Positions 41,201-55,200 of a stretch of DNA of 64,000 bases are shown here, in pieces. Each line of letters starts with the position of its first letter. Position 1 is the first letter of the stretch. The translations under genes were made by a program, and so were the position numbers. The notes under the pieces are model-generated. The model worked only from the letters and a program-made list of their open reading frames with translations. It had not been told where the DNA came from and made no database searches. This DNA is from Eledone cirrhosa (Eukaryota), in the NCBI GenBank assembly GCA_964016885.1, contig OZ024740.1, positions 35,340,001 through 35,404,000 of the forward strand, given 5' to 3'.

Positions 41201-44200
41201 TAGTCCCCAACTCCTACATCTCAAGAAACTTCATTCTTGTCAAGTGTAGCCCCCCGCCCAACTCCTAAAACCTCAAGAAACTTCATTTCTGTCAAGTGTA
41301 GCCTCCAACTCCTAGAACCTCAAGAAAGCTCATTTTTGTCAAGTGTAGACCCCCGACTCCTAGAACCTCTAGAAACTTCACTTTTGTCAAGTGTAGCTGC
41401 CCGACTCCTAGAACATCAAGAAACTTCATTTTTGTCAAGTTTAGCCCCCCCCCCCAACTCCTAGAACCTCAAGATTCTTCATTTTTGTCAAGTGTAGCAC
41501 CAACATCTAGAACCTCAAGAAACTTCTCTTTTGTCAAGTGTAGCCCCCGATAACTAGAACCTCAAGAAACTTCATTTTTGTCAAGTGTAGCCCCCAACTC
41601 CTAGAACCTCAAGAAACTTCACTTTTGTCAAGTGTAGCTCCCCTACTCCTAGAACCTCAAGAAACTTCATTTTTGTCAAGAGTAGCCCCAACTCCTAGAA
41701 CCACCAAGAAACTTCATTTTTGTCAAGTGTAGACCCTAACCCCTAGAACGTCAAGAAACTTCATTTTTGTCAAGTGTAGCCCCCCCCCCCGGCTCCTAGA
41801 ACCTCAAACAAGCTTCATTTTTGTCAAGTGTAGCCCCCAACTCCTAGAACCTCAAGAAACTTCATTTTTGTCAAATGTAGCCCCCAACTACTAGAACCTC
41901 AAGAAACTTCATTTTTGTCAAGTGTAGCCCCAACTCCTAGAACCACAAGAAAATTCATTTTTGTCAAGTGTAGTCCCCAACTCCTACATCTCAAGAAATT
42001 TCATTTTTGTCAAGTGTAGCCCCCCCCCCAACTCCTAAAACCTCAAGAAACTTCATTTCTGTCAAGTGTAGCCCCCAACTCCTAGAACCTCAAGAAATCT
42101 CATTTTTGTCAAGTGTAGACCCCCGACTCCTAGAACCTCTAGAAACTTCACTTTTGTCAAGTGTAGCTGCCCGACTCCTAGAACATCAAGAAACTTCATT
42201 TTTGTCAAGTTTAGCCCTCCCCCCCCCAACTCCTAGAACCTCAAGATTCTTCATTTTTGTCAAGTGTAGCCCCAACATCTAGAACCTCAAGAATCTTCTC
42301 TTTTGTCAAGTGTAGTCCCCGATAACTAGAACCTCAAGAAACTTCATTTTTGTCAAGTGTAGCCCCCAACTCCTAGAACCTCAAGAAACTTCACTTTTGT
42401 CAAGTGTAGCTCCCCTACTCCTAGAACCTCAAGAAACTTCATTTTTGTCAAGAGTAGCCCCAACTCCTAGAACCACCAAGAAACTTCATTTTTGTCAAGT
42501 GTAGACCCCAACCCCTAGAACGTCAAGAAACTTCATTTTTGTCAAGTGTAGCCCCCCCCCCAGCTCCTAGAACCTCAAACAAGCTTCATTTTTGTCAAGT
42601 GTAGACCCCAACTCCTAGAACCTCAAGAAGCTTCATGTTTGTCAAGTGTAGCCCCAACTCCTAGAAACACAAGAAACTTCATTTTTGTCAAGTGTAGCCC
42701 CAACACCTAGAACCTCAACAATCTTCAATTTTGTCAAGTGTAGACAACCGACTCCTAGAACCTCAAGAAAATTCATTTTTGTCAAATGTAGCCCCCGACT
42801 CCTAGAACATCAAGAAACTTCATTTTTGTCAAGTGTAGCCCCCCGACTCCTAGAGGCTCAAGTAACTTCATTTTTGTCAAGTGTAGCCCCCCGCCCAACT
42901 CCTAGAACCACAAGATTCTTCATTTTTGTCAAGTGTAGCCCAACTCCTAGAACCACAATAAACTTCATTTTTGTCAAGTGTAGCCCAAACTCCTTGAACC
43001 TCAAGAAACTTCATTTTTGTCAAGTGTAGCCCCCAACCCCTAGAACGTCAAGAAACTCCATTTTTGTCAAGTGTAGCCCCCCCCCCCCTGTCTCCTAGAA
43101 CCTCAAAGAAGCTTCAGTTTTGTCAAGTGTAGCCCCCAACTCCTAGAATCTCAAGAATCTTCATTTTTGTCAAGTGTAGCCCCCCGACTCCTAGAAGCTC
43201 AAGCAACTTCATTTTTGTCAAGTGTAGACTCCAACTCCTAGAACCCCAAGAAAGTTCATTCTTGTCAAGTGTAGACCCCAACCCCTAGAACGACAAGAAG
43301 CTTCATGTTTGTCAAGTGTAGCCCCAACTCCTAGAAACACAAGTAACTTCATTTTTGTCAAGTGTAGCCCCAACACCTAGAACCTCAACAATCTTCAATT
43401 TTGTCAAGTGTAGACAACCGACTCCTAGAACCTCAAGAAAATTCATTTTTGTCAAGTGTAGTCCCCAACTCCTACATCTCAAGAAACTTCATTCTTGTCA
43501 AGTGTAGCCCCCCGCCCAACTCCTAAAACCTCAAGAAACTTCATTTCTGTCAAGTGTAGCCCCCAACTCCTAGAACCTCAAGAAAGCTCATTTTTGTCAA
43601 GTGTAGACCCCCGACTCCTAGAACCTCTAGAAACTTCACTTTTGTCAAGTGTAGCTGCCCGACTCCTAGAACATCAAGAAACTTCATTTTTGTCAAGTTT
43701 AGCCCCCCCCCCCCAACTCCTAGAACCTCAAGATTCTTCATTTTTGTCAAGTGTAGCCCCAACATCTAGAACCTCAAGAAACTTCTCTTTTGTCAAGTGT
43801 AGCCCCCGATAACTAGAACCTCAAGAAACTTCATTTTTGTCAAGTGTAGCCCCCAACTCCTAGAACCTCAAGAAACTTCACTTTTGTCAAGTGTAGCTCC
43901 CCTACTCCTAGAACCTCAAGAAACTTCATTTTTGTCAAGTGTAGCCCCAACACCTAGAACCTCAACAATCTTCAATTTTGTCAAGTGTAGACAACCGACT
44001 CCTAGAACCTCAAGAAAATTCATTTTTGTCAAGTGTAGTCCCCAACTCCTACATCTCAAGAAACTTCATTCTTGTCAAGTGTAGCCCCCCGCCCAACTCC
44101 TAAAACCTCAAGAAACTTCATTTCTGTCAAGTGTAGCCCCCAACTCCTAGAACCTCAAGAAAGCTCATTTTTGTCAAGTGTAGACCCCCGACTCCTAGAA

Positions 44201-47000
44201 CCTCTAGAAACTTCACTTTTGTCAAGTGTAGCTGCCCGACTCCTAGAACATCAAGAAACTTCATTTTTGTCAAGTTTAGCCCCCCCCCCCAACTCCTAGA
44301 ACCTCAAGATTCTTCATTTTTGTCAAGTGTAGCCCCAACATCTAGAACCTCAAGAAAGTTCTCTTTTGTCAAGTGTAGCCCCCGATAACTAGAACCTCAA
44401 GAAACTTCATTTTTGTCAAGTGTAGCCCCCAACTCCTAGAACCTCAAGAAACTTCACTTTTGTCAAGTGTAGCTCCCCTACTCCTAGAACCTCAAGAAAC
44501 TTCATTTTTGTCAAGAGTAGCCCCAACTCCTAGAACCACCAAGAAACTTCATTTTTGTCAAGTGTAGACCCCAACCCCTAGAACGTCAAGAAACTTCATT
44601 TTTGTCAAGTGTAGCCCCCCCCCGGCTCCTAGAACCTCAAACAAGCTTCATTTTTGTCAAGTGTAGCCCCCAACTCCTAGAACCTCAAGAAACTTCATTT
44701 TTGTCAAATGTAGCCCCCAACTACTAGAACCTCAAGAAACTTCATTTTTGTCAAGTGTAGCCCCAACTCCTAGAACGACAAGAAAATTCATTTTTGTCAA
44801 GTGTAGTCCCCAACTCCTACATCTCAAGAAATTTCATTTTTGTCAAGTGTAGCCCCCCCCCCCCCCCAACTCCTAAAACCTCAAGAAACTTCATTTCTGT
44901 CAAGTGTAGCCCCCAACTCCTAGAACCTCAAGAAAGCTCATTTTTGTCAAGTGTAGACCCCCGACTCCTAGAACCTCTAGAAACTTCACTTTTGTCAAGT
45001 GTAGCTGCCCGACTCCTAGAACATCAAGAAACTTCATTTTTGTCAAGTTTAGCCCTCCCCCCCCCCAACTCCTAGAACCTCAAGATTCTTCATTTTTGTC
45101 AAGTGTAGCCCCAACATCTAGAACCTCAAGAATCTTCTCTTTTGTCAAGTGTAGTCCCCGATAACTAGAACCTCAAGAAACTTCATTTTTGTCAAGAGTA
45201 GCCCCAATTCCTAGAACCACCAAGAAACTTCATTTTTGTCAAGTGTAGACCCCAACCCCTAGAACGTCAAGAAACTTCATTTTTGTCAAGTGTAGCCCCC
45301 CGCCCAACTCCTAAAACCTCAAGAAACTTCATTTCTGTCAAGTGTAGCCCCCAACTCCTAGAACCTCAAGAAAGCTCATTTTTGTCAAGTGTAGACCCCC
45401 GACTCCTAGAACCTCTAGAAACTACACTTTTGTCAAGTGTAGCTGCCCGACTCCTAGAACATCAAGAAACTTCATTTTTGTCAAGTTTAGCCCCCCCCCC
45501 CCAACTCCTAGAACCTCAAGATTCTTCATTTTTGTCAAGTGTAGCCCCAACATCTAGAACCTCAAGAAACTTCTCTTTTGTCAAGTGTAGCCCCCAACCC
45601 CTAGAACCTCAAGAAACTTCATTTTTGTCAAGTGTAGCCCCCAACTCCTAGAACCTCAAGAAACTTCACTTTTGTCAAGTGTAGCTCCCCTACTCCTAGA
45701 ACCTCAAGAAACTTCATTTTTGTCAAGTGTAGCCCCAACACCTAGAACCTCAACAATCTTCAATTTTGTCAAGTGTAGACAACCGACTCCTAGAACCTCA
45801 AGAAAATTCATTTTTGTCAAGTGTAGTCCCCAACTCCTACATCTCAAGAAACTTCATTCTTGTCAAGTGTAGCCCGCCGCCCAACTCCTAAAACCTCAAG
45901 AAACTTCATTTCTGTCAAGTGTAGCCCCCAACTCCTAGAACCTCAAGAAAGCTCATTTTTGTCAAGTGTAGACCCCCGACTCCTAGAACCTCTAGAAACT
46001 TCACTTTTGTCAAGTGTAGCTGCCCGACTCCTAGAACATCAAGAAACTTCATTTTTGTCAAGTTTAGCCCCCCCCCCAACTCCTAGAACCTCAAGATTCT
46101 TCATTTTTGTCAAGTGTAGCCCCAACATCTAGAACCTCAAGAAACTTCTCTTTTGTCAAGTGTAGCCCCCGATAACTAGAACCTCAAGAAACTTCATTTT
46201 TGTCAAGTGTAGCCCCCAACTCCTAGAACCTCAAGAAACTTCACTTTTGTCAAGTGTAGCTCCCCTACTCCTAGAACCTCAAGAAACTTCATTTTTGTCA
46301 AGAGTAGCCCCAACTCCTAGAACCACCAAGAAACTTCATTTTTGTCAAGTGTAGACCCCAACCCCTAGAACGTCAAGAAACTTCATTTTTGTCAAGTGTA
46401 GCCCCCCCCCGGCTCCTAGAACCTCAAACAAGCTTCATTTTTGTCAAGTGTAGCCCCCAACTCCTAGAACCTCAAGAAACTTCATTTTTGTCAAATGTAG
46501 CCCCCAACTACTAGAACCTCAAGAAACTTCATTTTTGTCAAGTGTAGCCCCAACTCCTAGAACGACAAGAAAATTCATTTTTGTCAAGTGTAGTCCCCAA
46601 CTCCTACATCTCAAGAAATTTCATTTTTGTCAAGTGTAGCCCCCCCCCCCAACTCCTAAAACCTCAAGAAACTTCATTTCTGTCAAGTGTAGCCCCCAAC
46701 TCCTAGAACCTCAAGAAAGCTCATTTTTGTCAAGTGTAGACCCCCGACTCCTAGAACCTCTAGAAACTTCACTTTTGTCAAGTGTAGCTGCCCGACTCCT
46801 AGAACATCAAGAAACTTCATTTTTGTCAAGTTTAGCCCTCCCCCCCCCCAACTCCTAGAACCTCAAGATTCTTCATTTTTGTCAAGTGTAGCCCCAACAT
46901 CTAGAACCTCAAGAATCTTCTCTTTTGTCAAGTGTAGTCCCCGATAACTAGAACCTCAAGAAACTTCATTTTTGTCAAGAGTAGCCCCAACTCCTAGAAC
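35220..47000 (+). repeat. HOR domain with nested 12-mer (577 bp) and 16-mer (770 bp) units inside variable 1.8-3.1-kb super-units
   Basis: 577-bp offsets: 38308->38885, 40660->41237, 43495->44072, 45283->45860 (12 monomers counted). 770-bp offset: 41237->42007 (16 monomers counted). Super-unit spacings are 3129, 2352, 2835 and 1788. Confidence 0.88.
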
Positions 47001-49249
47001 CACCAAGAAACTTCATTTTTGTCAAGTGTAGACCCCAACCCCTAGAACGTCAAGAAACTTCATTTTTGTCAAGTGTAGCCCCCCCCCCCCGGCTCCTAGA
47101 ACCTCAAACAAGCTTCATTTTTGTCAAGTGTAGACCCCAACTCCTAGAACCTCAAGAAGCTTCATGTTTGTCAAGTGTAGCCCCAACTCCTAGAAACACA
47201 AGAAACTTCATTTTTGTCAAGTGTAGCCCCAACACCTAGAACCTCAACAATCTTCAATTTTGTCAAGTGTAGACAACCGACTCCTAGAACCTCAAGAAAA
47301 TTCATTTTTGTCAAGTGTAGTCCCCAACTCCTACATCTCAAGAAACTTCATTTTTGTCAAGTGTAGCCCCCCCCCCCCCCAACTCCTAAAACCTCAAGAA
47401 ACTTCATTTTTGTCAAGGGTAGCCCTCAACTCCTAGAACGTCAAGAAACTTCATTTTTGTCAAGTGTAGCCCCCCCCGGCTCCTAGAACCTCAAGAAGCT
47501 TCATTTTTGTCAAGTGTAGCACCCCAACTCCTAGAACCTCAAGAAACTTCATTTTTGTCAAGTGTAGCCCCCAACTCCTAGAACCTCAAGAAACTTCATT
47601 TTTGTCAAATGTAGCCCCCGACTCCTAGAACATCAAGAAACTTCATTTTTGTCAAGTGTAGCCCCCCGACTCCTAGAGGCTCAAGTAACTTCATTTTTGT
47701 CAAGTGTAGCCCCCCGCCCAACTCCTAGAACCTCAAGATTCTTCATTTTTGTCAAGTGTAGCCCAACTCCTAGAACCACAATAAACTTCATTTTTGTCAA
47801 GTGTAGCCCAAACTCCTTGAACCTCAAGATACTTCATTTTTGTCAAGTGTAGCCCCCAACCCCTAGAACGTCAAGAAACTCCATTTTTGTCAAGTGTAGC
47901 CCCCCCCCCTGTCTCCTAGAACCTCAAAGAAGCTTCATTTTTGTCAAGTGTAGCCCCCAACTCCTAGAATCTCAAGAATCTTCATTTTTGTCAAGTGTAG
48001 ACCCCCGACTCCTAGAACCTAAAGAAACTTCATTTTTGTCAAGTGTAGCCTCCAACTCCTAGAACCCCAAGAATGTTCATTTTTGTCAAGTGTAGCCGCC
48101 CCCGACTCCTAGAACCTCAAGATTCTTCATTTTTGTCACGTGTATCCCCAACTCCTAGAACCACAAGAAAGTTCATTTTTGTCAAGTGTAGCCCCAACAC
48201 CTAGAACCTCAAGAAACTTCACTTTTGTCAAGTGTAGCCCCCGACAAGTAGAACCTCAAGAAACTTCATTTTTGTCAAGTGTAGACCCCCAACACCTAGA
48301 ACCTCAACAAACTTCATTTTTGTCAAGTATAGCCTCCAACTCCTAGAACCCCAAGAAAGTTCATTTTTGTCAAGTGTAGCCCCCCCCCCCAACTCCTAGA
48401 ACCCCAAGAAACTTCATTTTTGTCAAGTGTAGCCCCAACTCCTAGAACCACAAGAAACTTCATTTTTGTCAAGTGTAGCCCCAACTCCTAGATCCTCAAG
48501 AAACTTCATTTTTGTCAAGTGTAGCACGCCGACTCCTAGAACCTCAAGAAGCTTCATTTTTGTCAAGTGTAGCCCCCAACTACTAGAACCACAAGAACCT
48601 TCATTTTTGTCAAGTGTAGCCCCAACTCCTAGAACCTCAAGAAACTTCATTTTTGTCAAGTGTAGCTCCCCGACTCCTAGAACCTGAAGAAAATTCATTT
48701 TTGTCAAGTGTAGCCCCCCGACTCCCAGAAGCTCAAGCAACTTCATTTTTGTCAAGTGTAGCCTCCAACTCCTAGAACCCCAAGAAAGTTCATTTTTGTC
48801 AAGTGTAGCCCCCCCCCCCCCAACTCCTAGAACCTCAAGATTCTTCATTTTTCTCAAGTGTAGCCCCAACATCTAGAACCTTATGAAACTTCACTTTTGT
48901 CAAGTGTAGCCCCCGATAACTAGAACCTCAAGAAACTTCATTTTTGTCAAGTGTAGCCCCAACTCCTAGAACCTCAAGAAACTTCATTTTTGTCAAGTGT
49001 AGCCCCCAACTGCTAGAACCTCAAGAATCTTCATTTTTGTCAAGTGTAGACCCCCGACTCCTAGAACCTCTAGAAACTTCACTTTTGTCAAGTGTAGCTG
49101 CCCGATTCCTAGAACATCAAGAAACTTCATTTTTGTCAAGTGTAGCCCTCCCCCCCAAATCCTGGAACCTCAAGATTCTTCATTTTTGTCAAGTGTAGCC
49201 CCAACTCCTAGAACCACAAGAAACTTCATTTTTGTCAAGTGTAGCCCCA

Positions 49250-52200
49250 ACACCTAGAACCTCAAGAAACTTCACTTTTGTCAAGTGAAGCCCCCCATCC
49301 CTCCTGACTCTTAGAACCTCAAGAAACTTCATTTCTGTCAAGTGTAGCCCCCAACTCCTAGAACCTCAAGAAAGCTCATTTTTGTCAAGTGTAGACCCCC
49401 GACTCCTAGAACCTGAAGAAACTTCATTTTTGTCAAGTGTAGCCTCCAACTCCTAGAACCCCAAGAAAGTTCATTCTTGTCAAGTGTAGACTCCAACCCC
49501 TAGAACGACAAGAAGCTTCATGTTTGTCAAGTGTAGCCCCAACTCCTAGAACCTCAACAATCTTCAATTTTGTCAAGTGTAGACAACCGACTCCTAGAAC
49601 CTCAAGAAAATTCATTTTTGTCAAGTGTAGTCCCCAACTCCTACATCTCAAGAAACTTCATTTTTGTCAAGTGTAGCCCCCCGCCCAACTCCTAAAACCT
49701 CAAGAAACTTCATTTCTGTCAAGTGTAGCCCCCAACTCCTAGAACCTCAAGAAAGCTCATTTTTGTCAAGTGTAGACCCCGACTCCTAGAACCTCTAGAA
49801 ACTTCACTTTTGTCAAGTGTAGCTGCCCGACTCCTAGAACATCAAGAAACTTCATTTTTGTCAAGTTTAGCCCTCCCCCCCCCAACTCCTAGAACCTCAA
49901 GATTCTTCATTTTTGTCAAGTGTAGCCCCAACATCTAGAACCTCAAGAAACTTCTCTTTTGTCAAGTGTAGCCCCCGATAACTAGAACCTCAAGAAACTT
50001 CATTTTTGTCAAGTGTAGCCCCCAACTCCTAGAACCTCAAGAAACTTCACTTTTGTCAAGTGTAGCTCCCCTACTCCTAGAACCTCAAGAAACTTCATTT
50101 TTGTCAAGAGTAGCCCCAACTCCTAGAACCACCAAGAAACTTCATTTTTGTCAAGTGTAGACCCCAATCCCTAGAACGTCAAGAAACTTCATTTTTGTCA
50201 AGTGTAGCCCCCCCCGGCTCCTAGAACCTCAAACAAGCTTCATTTTTGTCAAGTGTAGCCCCCAACTCCTAGAACCTCAAGAAACTTCATTTTTGTCAAA
50301 TGTAGCCCCCAACTACTAGAACCTCAAGAAACTTCATTTTTGTCAAGTGTAGCCCCAACTCCTAGAACCACAAGAAACTTCATTTTTGTCAAGTGTAGCC
50401 CCAACACCTAGAACCTCAAGAAACTTCACTTTTGTCAAGTGTAGCCCCCCCCCCCCCCCTGACTCTTAGAACATCAAGAAACTTCATTTCTGTCAAGTGT
50501 AGCCCCCAACTCCTAGAACCTCAAAAAAGCTCATTTTTGTCAAGTGTAGACCCCCGACTCCTAGAACCTCAAGAAACTTCACTTTTGTCAAGTGTAGCTC
50601 CCTGACTCCTAGAACCTGAAGAAACTTCATTTTTGTCAAGTGTAGCCCCCCGACTCCTAGAAGCTCAAGCAACTTCATTTTTGTCAAGTGTAGCCTCCAA
50701 CTCCTAGAACCCCAAGAAAGTTCATTCTTGTCAAGTGTAGACCCCAACCCCTAGAACGTCAAGAAGCTTCATGTTTGTCAAGTGTAGCCCCAACTCCTAG
50801 AACCACAAGAAACTTCATTTTTGTCAAGTGCAGCTCCCCGACTCCTAGAACATCAAGAAACTTCATTTTTGTCAAGTGTAGCCCCCCGACTCCTAGAGGC
50901 TCAAGCAACTTCATTTTTGTCAAGTGTAGCCCCCCGCCCAACTCCTAGAACCTCAAGATTCTTCATTTTTGTCAAGTGTAGCCCAACTCCTAGAACCACA
51001 ATAAACTTCATTTTTGTCAAGTGTAGCCCCAACTCCTTGAACCTCAAGAAACTTCATTTTTGTCAAGTGTAGCCCCCAACCCCTAGAACGTCAAGAAACT
51101 CCATTTTTGTCAAGTGTAGCCCCCCCCTGTCTCCTAGAACCTCAAAGAAGCTTCATTTTTGTCAAGTGTAGCCCCCAACTCCTAGAATCTCAAGAATCTT
51201 CATTTTTGTCAAGTGTAGACCCCCGACTCCTAGAACCTAAAGAAACTTCATTTTTGCCTCCAACTCCTAGAACCCCAAGAATGTTCATTTTTGTCAAGTG
51301 TAGCCGCCCCCGACTCCTAGAACCTCAAGATTCTTCATTTTTGTCACGTGTATCCCCAACTCCTAGAACCACAAGAAAGTTCATTTTTGTCAAGTGTAGC
51401 CCCAACACCTAGAACCTCAAGAAACTTCACTTTTGTCAAGTGTAGCCCCCGACAAGTAGAACCTCAAGAAACTTCATTTTTGTCAAGTGTAGACCCCAAC
51501 ACCTAGAACCTCAACAAACTTCATTTTTGTCAAGTGTAGACCCCCAACTCCTAGAACCCCAAGAAAGTTCATTTTTGTCAAGTGTAGCCCCCCCCAACTC
51601 CTAGAACCCCAAGAAACTTCATTTTTGTCAAGTGTAGCCCCAACTCCTAGAACCACAAGAAACTTCATTTTTGTCAAGTGTAGCCCCAACTCCTAGATCC
51701 TCAAGAAACTTCATTTTTGTCAAGTGTAGCACCCCGACTCCTAGAACCGCAAGAAACTTCATTTTTGTGAAGTGTAGCCCCCAACCCCTAGAACGTCAAG
51801 AAACTGCATTTTTGGCAAGCGTAGCCCCCCCCCCCCGGCTCCTAGAACCACAAGAAGCTTCATTTTTGTCAAGTGTAGCCCCCAACTCCTAGAACCACAA
51901 GAACCTTCATTTTTGTCAAGTGTAGCCCCAACTCCTAGAACCTCAAGAAACTTCATTTTTGTCAAGTGTAGCTCCCCGACTCCTAGAACCTGAAGAAAAT
52001 TCATTTTTGTCAAGTGTAGCCTCCAACTCCTAGAACCCCAAGAAAGTTCATTTTTGTCAAGTGTAGCCCCCCCCCCCAACTCCTAAAACCTCAAGATTCT
52101 TCATTTTTCTCAAGTGTAGCCCCAACATCTAGAACCTTATGAAACTTCACTTTTGTCAAGTGTAGCCCCCGATAACTAGAACCTCAAGAAACTTCATTTT

Positions 52201-55200
52201 TGTCAATTGTAGCCCCAACTCCTAGAACCTCAAGAAACTTCATTTTTGTCAAGTGTAGCCCCCAACTGCTAGAATCTCAAGAATCTTCATTTTTGTCAAG
52301 TGTAGACCCCCGACTCCTAGAACCTCTAGAAACTTCACTTTTGTCAAGTGTAGCTGCCCGACTCCTAGAACATCAAGAAACTTCATTTTTGTCAAGTGTA
52401 GCCCTCACCCCAAATCCTAGAACCTCAAGATTCTTCATTTTTGTCAAGTGTAGCCCCAACTCCTAGAACCACAAGAAACTTCATTTTTGTCAAGTGTAGC
52501 CCCAACACCTAGAACCTCAAGTATCTTCACTTTTGTCAAGTGTAGCCCCCGACAACTAGAACCTCAAGAATCTTCATTTTTGTCAAGTGTAGACCCCCGA
52601 CTCCTAGAACCTCAAGAAACTTCACTTTTGTCAAGTGTAGCTACCTGACTCCTAGAACCTGAAGAAACTTCATTTTTGTCAAGTGTAGCCTCCCGACTCC
52701 TAGAAGCTCAAGCAACTTCATTTTTGTCAAGTGTAGCCTCCAACTCCTAGAACCCCAAGAAAGTTCATTTTTGTCAAGTGTAGCCCCAACTCCTAGAACC
52801 ACAAGAAACTTCATTTTTGTCAAGTGTAGCCCCAACATCTAGATCCTCAAGAAACTTCACTTTTGTCAAGTGTAGCCCCCGATAACTAGAACCTCAAGAA
52901 ACTTCATTTTTGTCAAGTGTAGCCCCCAACTCCTAGAACCTCAAGAAACCTCATTTCTGTCAAGTGTAGCCCCCAACTCCTATAACCTTAAGAATCTTCA
53001 TTTTTGTCAAGTGTTGCCCCCAACTCCTATAACCTTAAGAATCTTCATTTTTGTCAAGTGTAGCCCCCGACTCCTAGAACCACCAAGAAGCTTCATTTTT
53101 GTCAAGTGTAGCCCCCCCCCCAACTCCTAGAACCTCAAGATTCTTCATTTTTGTCAAGTGTAGCCCCAACATCTAGAACCTCAAGAAACTTCTCTTTTGT
53201 CAAGTGTAGCCCCCGATAACTAGAACCTCAAGAAACTTCATTTTTGTCAAGTGTAGCCCCCAACTCCTAGAACCTCAAGAAACTTCACTTTTGTCAAGTG
53301 TAGCTCCCCTACTCCTAGAACCTCAAGAAACTTCATTTTTGTCAAGTGTAGCCCCAACTCCTAGAACCACCAAGAAACTTCATTTTTGTCAAGTGTAGAC
53401 CCCAACCCCTAGAACCTCAAGAAACTTCATTTTTGTCAAGTGTAGCCCCCCCCGGCTCCTAGAACCTCAAACAAGCTTCATTTTTGTCAAGTGTAGACCC
53501 CAACTCCTAGAACCTCAAGAAGCTTTATGTTTGTCAAGTTTAGCCCCAACTTCTAGAAACACAAGAAACTTCATTTTTGTCAAGTGTAGCCCCAACACCT
53601 AGAACTTCAACAATCTTCAATTTTGTCAAGTGTAGACAACCGACTCCTAGAACCTCAAGAAAATTCATTTTTGTCAAGTGTAGCCCCCCCCCGACTCCCA
53701 GAAGCTCAAGCAACTTCATTTTTGTCAAGTGTAGCCTTCAACTCCTAGAACCCCAAGAAAATTCATTTTTGTCAAGTGTAGCCTCGAACTCCTAGATCTC
53801 AAGAAAATTCATTTTTGTCAAGTGTAGCCCCAACTCTTAGAACCTCAAGCAACTTCATTTTTGTCAAGTGTAGCCTCCAACTCCTAGAACCTCAAGAAAA
53901 TTCATTTTTGTCAAGTGAAGCCTCCAACTCCTACAACCCCAAGAAAGTTCATTTTTGTCAAGTGTATCCCACCGCTCCGACTCCTAGAACAAACTTCATT
54001 TTTGTCAAGTGTAGCCCCAACTCCTAGAACCACAAGAACCTTCATTTTTGTCAAGTGTAGCCCCAACTCCTAGATCCTCAAGAAACTTCATTTTTGTCAA
54101 GTGTAGCTCCCCGACTCCTAGAACCTGATGAAAATTCATTTTTGTCAAGTGTAGCCCCCCGACTCCTAGAAGTTCAAGCAACTTCATTTTTGTCAAGTTT
54201 AGCCTCCAACTCCTAGAACCCCAAGAAAGTTCATTTTTGTCAAATGCAGCCCCCCCCCCCCCCCCCAACTCCAAAAACCTCAAGTTTCTTCATTTTTGTC
54301 AAGTGTAGCCCCAACATCTAGAACCTTATGAAACTTCACTTTTGTCAAGTGTAGCCCCCGATAACTAGAACCTCAAGAAACCTCATTTCTGTCAAGTGTA
54401 GCCCCCAACTCCTATAACCTTAAGAATCTTCATTTTTGTCAAGTGTAGACCCCCGACTCCTAGAACCTCAAGAAACTTCACTTTTGTCAAGTGTAGCCGC
54501 CCCCGACTCCTAGAACCTCAAGAAACTTCATTTTTGTCAACTGTAGCACCCCGACTCCTAGAACCTCAAGAAACTTCATTTGTGTCAAGTGTAGCACCCC
54601 GACTCCTAGAACCCCAAGAAAGTTCATTTTTGTCAAGTGTAGCCGCCCCCGACTCCTAGAAACTCAAGATTCTTCATTTTTGTCAAGTGTATCCCCAACT
54701 CCTAGAACCACAAGAAAGTTCATTTTTGTCAAGTGTAGCCCCAACACCTAGAACCTCAAGAAACTTCACTTTTGTCAAGTGTAGCCCCCGACAAGTAGAA
54801 CCTCAAGAAACTTCATTTTTGTCAAGTGTAGACCCCCAACACCTAGATCTCAAGAAACTTCATTTTTGTCAAGTGTAGCCCCCCCCAACACCTAGAACCT
54901 CAACAAACTTCATTTTTGACAAGTATAGCCTCCAACTCCTAGAACCCCAAGAAAGTTCATTTTTGTCAAGTGTAGCCCCCCCCCCCAACTCCTAGAACCC
55001 CAAGAAACTTCATTTTTGTCAAGTGTAGCACCCCGACTCCTAGAACCTCAAGAAACTTCATTTGTGTCAAGTGTAGTACCGCGACTCCTAGAAGCTCAAG
55101 AAACTTCATTTTTGTGAAGTGTAGCCCCAACTCCTAGAACGTCAAGAAACTGCATTTTTGTGAAGTGTAGCCCCCAACCCCTAGAACGTCAAGAAACTGC

